IMG/VR virus record: IMGVR_UViG_3300047564_005910 | Span: 32,001 to 96,000 of that record | Direction: 5' to 3' (one strand) | Length of the DNA: 64,000 nt | From: a virus | Part shown: positions 53,511 to 62,591 of the stretch, piece by piece | How the letters are laid out: every line of letters begins with the position of its first letter | How positions within the stretch are numbered: position 1 is the first letter of the stretch | Position numbers and translations under genes: made by a program | Notes under the pieces: generated by a model | What the model saw: only the letters and a program-made list of their open reading frames with translations | The model's database searches: none | What the model was told of the DNA's origin: nothing

Positions 53511-56040
53511 ATAAATCTGTTTGTACTTCTTTACCAATAATAGGTAATCTCCAGCCAATAGCGTCATAAACTTGTTCAATAGGAGGAGCTACAATTTTAT
53601 TAAACATTTTATCGTAATCAATTTTAACATCTAAACTAAACTCTTTCGGGTATTGATTTACAAAACCAATAGCGTCAAGGCCGTATGGGTTTTTTGCGGC
53701 ATAAAAGTATTTGATCTTTTGACCTGAATTGATACGTTCATACTTTGTTTCAAGGTTATATTTTTCTAATAAGAGGTTATATGCAATTGCTGCTTTAACA
53801 TGGCATGGTGTTGCTAAATTGAATTTTGCTAAAGAGGCGCCACCAGACCATTTGTCGTATTCTTTAACAGCTTTTCGAAACGCTGCATCTTCTACTTTAA
53901 GTGTTTTAAACAGTTCATAAGCTTCTCTGTATACCTCGTTTGTCTTCTTTACATCTTTAGTTAAGAACGCTGTATTAATAGTTTTTTTAATTAACTCTTT
54001 AACTTGTTTAGGTGTTGTTGAACGTGCTAACTCAACACCAACATATTTAAATTTACTCGTAGGTACACCTTCTTCGTCTAGAATGTGAAGTATGTATCGT
54101 TTCTTCTGTAAAAAAGAACCGACATCAGCTATGGCTTCTCGCTTAAATTCAAATCGCGGATCAGCAGAGTTTAACTCTTTACGAGCCCAAGAAAGAATTT
54201 CTGTATTTAAATGTCTGCCAAGAGCATCAACTATTTTATGAGACTCGGAAGTAATGGCGTCATCTTTTACAAGCGGTAGTTTAAGTTTATTAAGGATAGG
54301 TTGTATAGTTGTGTATAGGGAGTCGGTGTCCCCAGATAAAATAAGAGATTCATCGACATTAAATTTTTCTTTAGCCCATGCGTCAATAATAGCCCCTCCT
54401 GCTTTAGCAACAGCTTGACCGGTTAACGTGATTGAAGACGCGTTATCAATATCCATAAACGCCGAATGTTTGTTTGCAAACGTTCCGTAAATAGAGTTAA
54501 GGAGAATCTTTAACGTGTACTGTAGAGTATCAAAGTATTGTATTTGGGAAATTGTTTTTGGATCTTTTTGTTTTGTTTTTTTAAGCTCGATCATTTTTTG
54601 ACGAGCATAGACTCGCTCATCATAAATGCTATTAATCAGGTTAGGACAAACACCTTTGTATTTTTGAGAGTATAAAACACCTGCTTTAGACAAAGAGACA
54701 TTTTCTTCGGTTAGAAATTTTTTAAGTTTCTTGGTGTTTATTGTAAAAATATTACCATTAACAAGACGTATATCGAGATCTTCATCTCCGTCAACATTAC
54801 CTGTAACTATTTTACCTAGTTTAGTTTCTGGTGAAATATTAAGAGTTATGATTGTGTTAGGGTACAGAGAGTTAACGTCAAAACTTACAATAGCTTCTTT
54901 AAGACCTCGTTCAGGCTCCCTTACATAACCACCTTCAAGAGACTCTCTAATAGTATCGTTTTTAAACGTTGGTATGACGTAGCCTTGTTTGTCAGCCTGT
55001 AAAGTCATAGCTCCAGTAACAATAGATACCTTACCGAGAGCTCTTTCGAAATTTGTACAACCTTTATAAGACAATAGACGAATAATTTTAAGGTAGTTAA
55101 GTTTTTCTTCTAATTTACGAAGCAGATCAACGTCCTGGATGTTATAGTCAACAAAATTTTCCCAGTCAGTGTCAGCTAAAGAGGATAAGTTTGTAGCATT
55201 AATAGCAAGCTTACCTTCCCCTAATTCGTATTCAGCAATATAATTTAACGAAAATGATTCTCGGTCACCTTTTGAATAGGTTTTGTAAATCTCCATGTAG
55301 TCTAAACAACTAACACCTGAAATATACCAACGACCTACATCTTTACCAAACTTAGCAAAATTTTCTCTATACTGCATTTCACCGATTGGTGATAATTGTT
55401 TTATAAAATCTTCTCCGAGCAGGTTTCTAGCACGGTTAATAATATAAGGAATATCGAACTGCTCAGTATTCCACCCTGTTAAAATATCTGGAGGATCTTT
55501 TTTCCAGAACTTAACAAAGTTATCAAAAAGTTCTTGTTCTGTTTTACATAATATGTATGTAACATTATCGAGTTTAGGTTTATAGTCGTGCTTTAACCCC
55601 CAGGTGGTTATCTGGTTTGTCAGGGTATCATATACCGTAATAAGTACTACAGGGTCCTTAGCTTTATGAGGTACAGGGAACTCATTAGGAGAGTACGTTT
55701 CAATATCGATAAAATAAACTTTTAGTGGAAACTTACTAAACTCTTCTTTATGAACGTCGTCTTTAAACGTTTCAACCAAGAATTGCTGATCGACAGGCAG
55801 ATTGCCAAATAACCTTTTAGTACTTGTTTCGTTTACGTACTTGTTTCGTTCAAAACTATTTTTAAAAAAATGTCTTTTTAGTGGTGTTTTAAAGATCGAG
55901 ACAGCGTCTTTTGATTTTTCACTCTCTGTATAAAGAAACGGTGTAAACGGAACCTCAGTATCAATTCTATCGCCGTCAGAAGTCCACGTTCTTAGATATA
56001 CAGTTCCTTCTCGTGGCCTATAAGTTGCGTTCCTAAACAC
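53491..56040 (-). CDS. gp43: Family B DNA polymerase
   Basis: Exo DIET, GWN..FDIPY, YNIQD; Pol SFDVNSLYP, KILLNSIYG, GDTDS, KKRY; GTG start. Confidence 0.97.
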   Translation of the reverse strand: MFRNATYRPREGTVYLRTWTSDGDRIDTEVPFTPFLYTESEKSKDAVSIFKTPLKRHFFKNSFERNKYVNETSTKRLFGNLPVDQQFLVETFKDDVHKEEFSKFPLKVYFIDIETYSPNEFPVPHKAKDPVVLITVYDTLTNQITTWGLKHDYKPKLDNVTYILCKTEQELFDNFVKFWKKDPPDILTGWNTEQFDIPYIINRARNLLGEDFIKQLSPIGEMQYRENFAKFGKDVGRWYISGVSCLDYMEIYKTYSKGDRESFSLNYIAEYELGEGKLAINATNLSSLADTDWENFVDYNIQDVDLLRKLEEKLNYLKIIRLLSYKGCTNFERALGKVSIVTGAMTLQADKQGYVIPTFKNDTIRESLEGGYVREPERGLKEAIVSFDVNSLYPNTIITLNISPETKLGKIVTGNVDGDEDLDIRLVNGNIFTINTKKLKKFLTEENVSLSKAGVLYSQKYKGVCPNLINSIYDERVYARQKMIELKKTKQKDPKTISQIQYFDTLQYTLKILLNSIYGTFANKHSAFMDIDNASSITLTGQAVAKAGGAIIDAWAKEKFNVDESLILSGDTDSLYTTIQPILNKLKLPLVKDDAITSESHKIVDALGRHLNTEILSWARKELNSADPRFEFKREAIADVGSFLQKKRYILHILDEEGVPTSKFKYVGVELARSTTPKQVKELIKKTINTAFLTKDVKKTNEVYREAYELFKTLKVEDAAFRKAVKEYDKWSGGASLAKFNLATPCHVKAAIAYNLLLEKYNLETKYERINSGQKIKYFYAAKNPYGLDAIGFVNQYPKEFSLDVKIDYDKMFNKIVAPPIEQVYDAIGWRLPIIGKEVQTDLFDLLCN

Positions 56041-56046
56041 AAATTA

Positions 56047-56074
56047 AGTATAGCTTAAAACGAAAATATATCAA
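56047..56074 (-). promoter_or_regulatory. Promoter TTGATA-N16-TATACT, 6 nt before polymerase GTG
   Basis: The -35 box contains the TGA stop of the upstream glycosyltransferase. Confidence 0.7.
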
Positions 56075-57312
56075 TTAACTTGTTTAATATATTTTCGTTC
56101 CGAAGAACCATAAGGCGTGAAATAAGCTTCATGGTGTTTCATAATGTTTTTTTCATCCTCTAGCCAGAAATCTTCTGCGTATTCTCGGGACCTCTTACAA
56201 AGGTCAGCATACGTATGTTGATTTTTTGTTGCCGTCTTTATACAGTCAATAAATTCTGAACCGTTAGAGTATTTTAATATAGCGTCTTTATATGTGACCA
56301 TATCGGGACATACACACGGTATACCGAGAGCTGCAGCTTCAAGTAATTTAATATTACTCTTTGCTTTGTTGAAGTTATTATCTTGTAATGCTGCAAACGT
56401 CAATTGTGTTCCTGATTCAGCCATAGCAAGAGGGTAATCCGGAAGTTCAACCCATGGATGGAATGTTATTTCACCTGAATCAATAAAAGGTTTAAGCGGT
56501 AACGGGTAGCAGCCATAAAACTGCCACTTAAAATCTTTGCGTGCCTTTATTATGTGCTGTACTACTCCCGCAAAGTCATCGTTTTGATTAACTCTGTTTG
56601 TTACATCGACGTGAGTACCGGACGCAAAAATTGTTACAACTGGTTTCTTTTTATTCTTTTCAAACTTTTTAACCAAGTCTCCTAGGTTGTAGTATCTGTC
56701 AAACCACCATTTTAATAGATAGTTAGGTATGGTAGTAATATTTTTGTTACCGGTTTTTTCGATATAATAATCCCGCATGAAATCACAAGTTACTGTCATT
56801 TCATCCATCATGCTAATAATCTCTAAAATACTATCTCTAATTTCGTTTTGTACGAAAGCATCTTTATTACGATTAAAATCAGGTATGTCTTCTCTAAAGA
56901 CGATATCATCAACTTCATAGATGAGTTTGAATTTCATTTCTTCAGATAATTTTTTAAGTTGCTTAACAAATTCTTTTTGCATCGGGGTAGCCTGACGCTG
57001 TATTTTAATAGCTTTTACCCCCATATAAAAGCGAGGATCAAGAACCATGGTTGTTAATTCAGTTAAAACAGCCTTTTGGTACAGGTTTAACATTAAATTA
57101 GGGGACATACACCTGTACCAGCTACAGCCTCCGTAATCAGCTAAATAATTTATAGCTCTAGGTAAATTCGCACCTGGTATCTCAGGTGGTGGCAAAGTAG
57201 GCATATTAGGTGGCTGTATTGCAAAATTCTGCGCCCCGGGTATACCTGGCGGTAAGCCAGCAGGAGCTCCGGGTATATTGTAAATGGCCGAATGGATTGG
57301 TGCAAAATTCAT
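56071..57312 (-). CDS. GT-B fold glycosyltransferase with Pro-rich N-terminus
   Basis: GGCSWYR, IYEVDD, TVTCDFM, TIPNY, DNNFNKAKSNIKLLEAAALGIPCV (GT4-like donor-binding motif). Confidence 0.8.
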   Translation of the reverse strand: MNFAPIHSAIYNIPGAPAGLPPGIPGAQNFAIQPPNMPTLPPPEIPGANLPRAINYLADYGGCSWYRCMSPNLMLNLYQKAVLTELTTMVLDPRFYMGVKAIKIQRQATPMQKEFVKQLKKLSEEMKFKLIYEVDDIVFREDIPDFNRNKDAFVQNEIRDSILEIISMMDEMTVTCDFMRDYYIEKTGNKNITTIPNYLLKWWFDRYYNLGDLVKKFEKNKKKPVVTIFASGTHVDVTNRVNQNDDFAGVVQHIIKARKDFKWQFYGCYPLPLKPFIDSGEITFHPWVELPDYPLAMAESGTQLTFAALQDNNFNKAKSNIKLLEAAALGIPCVCPDMVTYKDAILKYSNGSEFIDCIKTATKNQHTYADLCKRSREYAEDFWLEDEKNIMKHHEAYFTPYGSSERKYIKQVN

Positions 57313-57350
57313 ACTTTTATTTTAATATATAAGTTATTTTTTTGATTATA

Positions 57351-59153
57351 TCAACCGTTGTTTTCTAAGAATGTGAATCCGTTTTTCTTTACAAGGAATA
57401 AGAAGTTATTAACTCTAGTTGTAATAGCAGAACCTCTATGTGTTATTATATAACAGTTTTCGTGATACTTATCAAAACGTTCCTGTAGTATTTCTAAAAC
57501 TAACTCTACTCCCTTATCATCTAAAGATGAATCTAATAGCTCGTCATAAAATACGGTATTAAAATGTATATCGCCTTGCATGCGGCGTATATCCAAAAAT
57601 GCAAATAAACACGCCAAATCAATCCGTTTTCTTTCGCCTCCAGAAAAGTTAAAGTATGATTTTTCAGTATTATTTTCGTCAGTTATTTTTTCTTCAAAGT
57701 ATTCATTAAATTGACAAATACAGTTTGTATGTAAAGCTTGCAAATAATGTACTAATCTCGCATTAAGAACCTTTAATACTTTTTTAACGATATACGATTT
57801 AACACCCTCTTCAGATACAACAAACTTTACACACTCTAAAACAGATATTTCTTTATTAAGACGGTTAACGGTGTCTTGTAAAACAGTTATTTCTTTTTCT
57901 TGATCTTGTACAATTTTTTCTAATGATGTATTCGTTTCTTTTTTAATTTTTTCTTGTTCATTTTTAAAATTAGTTATTTGTTCAGTAATATATTCTATTT
58001 TGGACGTGTATAGCTTATTGCTATTTTTAATTTCTTGTACTTTTTCTTTTTTGGTTTTTATTTCGTTAAATTCGTCTTTTGTTTTAGTTTGTTGTTCTTT
58101 TATATTGTTGATATCGTTTTGAAGGTTGTTTTCTTTATCTGTTAAATCGGTAAACTTTGCTGTTAGTTCATTCCGTCTATCTTCTTTGTGTTTTTTATGG
58201 TCAGTAGTGTACTCTCTTTGACACGTCGGGCACGCAGAACCTTGCTTTTCAAGTTCTTCAATTTGCTGTAGACAGATTTTTTTCTCGGTACGTATCCCGC
58301 TAATTTTTTCTAAGTGGTTATTATAAATTTCTTGTACATTGTGAATACTATTTTCAATCTTTTTAATTTTTTCTTGTATTAGAGTTTCTAAATCTTGAGG
58401 TATAATTTGTATTTGTTTTTTAAAAGTATCAATGTTGTTTGTATGTTCGACTATTTTATCTTGTATGTCGATAACTCGTTTGTTTTTATTTTCTTCAAAA
58501 AGGTCTAACTGCTCTTTGTTCTGTTTATAACTCTTTTCAACGCTTTCCTTTTTTGTATATGTGACCTCGTAATCTTTTTTAAGATCGTTTAGCTCGTCTC
58601 GAGCTCTTAATAACATATCCGAAAAAACCTCTAGATTTAAAACACTTTCAATAAATTTTCTTTTATCAACTTTACTTTGCGCCATGAAGGGCACAGTGTT
58701 ATTGATTGTCATTACAACTGAGTTTTGAAAAACTTTTGGTGTTGATCGAATTATCTTTTGTATAAATTCGTTCGTTTTAGGAAGGGTAGATCTAGTTACA
58801 TCAATATCGTCCTTAAAGATAGTGCATTTTGTAGGTTGTAAAGATCTTGTTATATAGTATTTTGTCTTTGTATTACTATTTTGTATAAAAAACTCTAAAG
58901 TAACTACACAGTTCTTTTGATTAACAGAGTTAATAATTTGATCTTTTGTAAGCTCTCTTATTGTAGATCCGAAGAAGGCAAAATGTAATGCGTCGACTAC
59001 TGTAGATTTACCAACCCCGTTTTTAGAGTCTTCTTTATCGTAGTTAATGCCTGTAATGCCATTTATACCAGCATTAAAAGTAATGGTTAATGGTGTTTCC
59101 CCAACTGATAAAAAGTTTTGTACAGTAAGTTTGTTTAATACAATTAATTGCAC
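57351..59153 (-). CDS. gp46: Rad50/SbcC-like recombination ATPase
   Basis: QNFLSVG, NGVGKST, CPTC zinc hook, FSGGE, DELLDSSLD, ITH; promoter TTGATA-N16-TAAAAT (59160-59187) 6 nt before GTG. Confidence 0.95.
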   Translation of the reverse strand: MQLIVLNKLTVQNFLSVGETPLTITFNAGINGITGINYDKEDSKNGVGKSTVVDALHFAFFGSTIRELTKDQIINSVNQKNCVVTLEFFIQNSNTKTKYYITRSLQPTKCTIFKDDIDVTRSTLPKTNEFIQKIIRSTPKVFQNSVVMTINNTVPFMAQSKVDKRKFIESVLNLEVFSDMLLRARDELNDLKKDYEVTYTKKESVEKSYKQNKEQLDLFEENKNKRVIDIQDKIVEHTNNIDTFKKQIQIIPQDLETLIQEKIKKIENSIHNVQEIYNNHLEKISGIRTEKKICLQQIEELEKQGSACPTCQREYTTDHKKHKEDRRNELTAKFTDLTDKENNLQNDINNIKEQQTKTKDEFNEIKTKKEKVQEIKNSNKLYTSKIEYITEQITNFKNEQEKIKKETNTSLEKIVQDQEKEITVLQDTVNRLNKEISVLECVKFVVSEEGVKSYIVKKVLKVLNARLVHYLQALHTNCICQFNEYFEEKITDENNTEKSYFNFSGGERKRIDLACLFAFLDIRRMQGDIHFNTVFYDELLDSSLDDKGVELVLEILQERFDKYHENCYIITHRGSAITTRVNNFLFLVKKNGFTFLENNG

Positions 59154-59194
59154 AGACTTATTTTAAAATAAAAAACAAAATTATCAAGAAAGTT

Positions 59195-60226
59195 TTAATT
59201 AAAGAGCTTTTTTGTCCAAGTTTTTGGAGTGTTCTCTGTTTGTATTTCTATTGGAAGATGATAGTTAAAGCAACGTACTGGTTGGGTTTTTATCCATTCT
59301 ACTGTTTCTTTAATAGTATCATCGCAGCTGTAAAGTGTTTTGTAATTTAGGATCCCGCTCGCTTTCTGAGTGTCAACCCATGCGTATTTTACTTCTCTCG
59401 GTCTATCAGGCATGTGTTGTATTTTTGGCTCCATATTACAAGCAGCACCTACTTTATGAGCGAGGTCTAAAATAGTAATTTCAGTGCCATCGCTAGGGCC
59501 GATATTAAAAACTTCTTTGCTATTAATAGTATCACGTTTTTCGTATAGAGATACGAACGCGTCAATGCAGTCACTTACGTGAGAAAAACTTCTCTTTTGT
59601 AAGCCGTCCCCATAAACATAAACAGTTTTATTATTTAAAATAAGGTTAGTAAATATGCTCATAACATTTCTAAAAGGATCCGAATAGCATTGATTCGGGC
59701 CAGCGACGTTATGAGGAACCATATGATATACCTTTATTCCATAAATATCGCTCATTAAGTTTAGGTGTTGTTCAGCATGAAGTTTTGCTAGACCGTACGG
59801 GTCAATAGGCTGTGGTGTTGAATCTTCTACGAATGGTGTAGGTAGATTACCGTATCTAGCCATACTGCTTGTATTTATAAACATTGGTGCACCGCTTGCT
59901 ATAGCAGCACTACATATGTTAACTGTGCCTGCGTAAATATTTTCACATATTGTTTTAGGGCTAAAAACACTTAACCCTTCATGAGCAAGTGCAGCACAAT
60001 GTATAACTAGATCAGCTTTTATTTCTTTAAAATGTTCAGCTATCGCTTGAGTATTTAAAATATCGGCCTGTATAAAAGTAAAATTAGTTACGTTAGGTAA
60101 ATTCGAATAATAACCACCTATTAAATTGTCAATCCCGTAAACTTTCCAACCTAAAGATAAAAATTTATATGCCAAATGACTACCTATAAGACCGGCTACT
60201 CCTGTTATTATTACTTTCTTTTGCAT
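59195..60226 (-). CDS. NAD-dependent nucleotide-sugar epimerase/dehydratase
   Basis: ITGVAGLIGSH, HCAA, SSMARYG, PYGLAK (YxxxK), GDGLQKRSFSHVSD. Confidence 0.92.
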   Translation of the reverse strand: MQKKVIITGVAGLIGSHLAYKFLSLGWKVYGIDNLIGGYYSNLPNVTNFTFIQADILNTQAIAEHFKEIKADLVIHCAALAHEGLSVFSPKTICENIYAGTVNICSAAIASGAPMFINTSSMARYGNLPTPFVEDSTPQPIDPYGLAKLHAEQHLNLMSDIYGIKVYHMVPHNVAGPNQCYSDPFRNVMSIFTNLILNNKTVYVYGDGLQKRSFSHVSDCIDAFVSLYEKRDTINSKEVFNIGPSDGTEITILDLAHKVGAACNMEPKIQHMPDRPREVKYAWVDTQKASGILNYKTLYSCDDTIKETVEWIKTQPVRCFNYHLPIEIQTENTPKTWTKKLFN

Positions 60227-60232
60227 TTTTTT

Positions 60233-60967
60233 TTATTTATACCCTTTAATAATAGTTCTACCGTGTAAGAGACTTGAACTTGCTTCCCCGCAATTAGGCT
60301 TACCTGCTGCTACATTTAAAATAGAATTGTCCCACTTTTTCCACGATTCTTTAATCTCGGGCTTATCCCCCCAAATAAAAAGGTCCCAGTGAGGATAACT
60401 CTCTTCAGGTATATTGCGGATTACCCATTTCGGGTGATGTCCGTCCCATTTTTTAAGCCAATGTGGCGTTGAAAGTATAGCACCAGGTTTATTAAGAGGT
60501 GATTTCCAGTCTTGATCGTAATCTGCTTCGTGACTTTCGTATATAGCCAAGTCAGCCTCTCTTAAGCGCCACACCCACTCTCTATCTTCCCAACCACCAT
60601 GTACGTATCTTTCATCCCACCAACCAATATTACGAATTAGTTCTTTAGAAAAAGCAGAAAAACCAATGCCGTACAAACACGTCCAAGCAAAGCCAGACTC
60701 TAAATGTTTTATCATTTTTTTAATCTCATTGGGTTTAGGGTGAGCACGATCATTAATAAAAAAGATCCATTCTGTCGGGGATGTTGCTACAGAGTGATTT
60801 AACATTAACGAATATGACTCATACATAAACGGATACCGGTCGATACGGTTATTCCAATGTACTTTATATTCTTGTTCTAGTGGTTTAAGCGCTTCAATTT
60901 GTTTATTAACAACGTCCCTGCTACAGCCACAGTGTAGACAAATTGTAAATTCTGTTATTTTAAACAT
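60233..60967 (-). CDS. GT-A (GT2-like) glycosyltransferase
   Basis: FFIND, IGWWDERYVHGGWED. Confidence 0.75.
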   Translation of the reverse strand: MFKITEFTICLHCGCSRDVVNKQIEALKPLEQEYKVHWNNRIDRYPFMYESYSLMLNHSVATSPTEWIFFINDRAHPKPNEIKKMIKHLESGFAWTCLYGIGFSAFSKELIRNIGWWDERYVHGGWEDREWVWRLREADLAIYESHEADYDQDWKSPLNKPGAILSTPHWLKKWDGHHPKWVIRNIPEESYPHWDLFIWGDKPEIKESWKKWDNSILNVAAGKPNCGEASSSLLHGRTIIKGYK

Positions 60968-60968
60968 A

Positions 60969-61781
60969 TTAAATCGCTGGGTAACGTTTTGTATATTCGT
61001 CGACTAACCACGGCTGACCACCAGCGAAGTGTCTATATATTACATTATCAGGATTTGCACGCGAAATGTCGTATAGTGCTGGCTTACCAGTTGTCTTATC
61101 CCCGGTTTCTTCGTAAAGATGTGTAACGTTCCATTCCGTAGGAAGTACCTCAACATGTTCAAGTAGTTCATCTAAAGAAAAGATAGTGTGTTCTGTTACT
61201 TGAGAATGTAACCCGTTGTTTGGCAGTTCATAAAATGATTGCCAACTATGTGGTTTAATACCGGCGTTAATATAATAAGCTTGTTGATCTCCGTGGTAAA
61301 ATGTACATTCTTGATTATAATGTTCGTTCCAGAGTTTAAAATCTTTACATTTGTAAAATCTTTCTTTTGAGATTAAGAGATCAACAAGGTTACGAGACCA
61401 TTCATCAATTTTAAGAATAAAAAAGCCAAAGCAGTGGGTATTACCTGAATCAATTGCGTAAGTAAAGCTTTTTGTCGGTGTGTGAATTTTATCCATTTGA
61501 CAAATAAACGTGTCAGCGTCAAACTGATAAACCATATCCCCGTCTTGAAGTTTACCTGATGTAAGTAATTTTTTAAAGATATGCCATCTGTTAAAATGAA
61601 AATTGTCACCAGGCCCTAATTCCGGAAAATAAATTTGAGGAGTAAAATCATTCTTAGTAATTTCGACATATTTTAGCCCGTGAATTTCGCAATATCTCTT
61701 ATTACGTGGGGAAATATATTGTTGGAACAATTTTTCTTTCTCGCCGCTATATATAGCTAATGTAACAAAATACTTTTTCAT
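60969..61781 (-). CDS. GT-A glycosyltransferase, GT34/GT8-like
   Basis: RYCEIHGLKY, FDADTFI (DxD), DQQA, LPTEWN, HFAGG; promoter TTGCAA-N17-TAAACT (61788-61816) 6 nt before ATG. Confidence 0.75.
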   Translation of the reverse strand: MKKYFVTLAIYSGEKEKLFQQYISPRNKRYCEIHGLKYVEITKNDFTPQIYFPELGPGDNFHFNRWHIFKKLLTSGKLQDGDMVYQFDADTFICQMDKIHTPTKSFTYAIDSGNTHCFGFFILKIDEWSRNLVDLLISKERFYKCKDFKLWNEHYNQECTFYHGDQQAYYINAGIKPHSWQSFYELPNNGLHSQVTEHTIFSLDELLEHVEVLPTEWNVTHLYEETGDKTTGKPALYDISRANPDNVIYRHFAGGQPWLVDEYTKRYPAI

Positions 61782-61799
61782 TAAGATAGTTTATTGTGT

Positions 61800-62591
61800 T
61801 TATAGACTTTTTGCAAGATCTAGTATTGTATCTTTATAGTAATTAAAATCGCATACTGTAGTATCTTTTTGAATTGTTTTTTCGTATTTTGATTCTAATA
61901 ATTCCTGGGTTATGTCAGACCATTTATCTATAAACAGTATCGGGCTATTCTTAAACGTATGTAACGGCACACTTTTTAAGCAAATAGGAATTGTACCTAC
62001 ATACATAGACTCCCATATACGGTGACAATCGACGCTATTACCTGGTGGTGAAATTACATATTTGTATGTACTAAGTTTTCTCAAGTAGGTCTCAAAATCT
62101 AGTTTCTCTTTTTCAAAATCAATAAAAGGTATTTCTTTTAATTTTTGTAATGCTAAAAATCTAGCATTATGATTTGTGTTTATATCAAAATTACAGTAAC
62201 AAAAATTTTTCTTATCATTTTTTTCTTTAATAATTTTTATAACAGTGTCTTTATTACCGTGAGGCCAGACTTCATTAGCCATTCCTATTGGTATAGGGAA
62301 TAATTTTTTATGTATGGTATGACAGTTCATGCCAAACCACATAACAAGATTTTCGTTATTAAGAATAGAAAGATATTGATTAGTTACAGGGGCGTCGGCA
62401 TCGTGTGTTATTAGAATAAACTTGTAATTAATTTGTGGTAACACCCTCGCCATAAAGACAGGTATGTTATCTGAGTGTAAAAAGAAGATTTTATTTTCTG
62501 GTTTTAGTTCGAGTTTAATCCTGTTTCGTGCAATATAGTTGTTTGCTAAGTCTAAAAAACGGTCAGGGGTTATAATAAAACTGTTTGTCAT
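61800..62591 (-). CDS. Exostosin (GT47)-like glycosyltransferase
   Basis: ILITHDAD, PIPIG, YKYVISPPGNSVDCHRIWESMYVGTIPI. Confidence 0.75.
   Translation of the reverse strand: MTNSFIITPDRFLDLANNYIARNRIKLELKPENKIFFLHSDNIPVFMARVLPQINYKFILITHDADAPVTNQYLSILNNENLVMWFGMNCHTIHKKLFPIPIGMANEVWPHGNKDTVIKIIKEKNDKKNFCYCNFDINTNHNARFLALQKLKEIPFIDFEKEKLDFETYLRKLSTYKYVISPPGNSVDCHRIWESMYVGTIPICLKSVPLHTFKNSPILFIDKWSDITQELLESKYEKTIQKDTTVCDFNYYKDTILDLAKSL

Noticed and set aside
54320-54345. Polymerase motif C reads SGDTDS rather than YGDTDS, as a possible adaptation to modified dGTP
   Set aside because: That position varies among ordinary family B enzymes (T4 has AGDTDS), so it is not diagnostic.
22041-56040. 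Inteins, introns or homing endonucleases in nrdJ, gp17, gp41, uvsX or gp43
   Set aside because: All have normal lengths and uninterrupted motifs.
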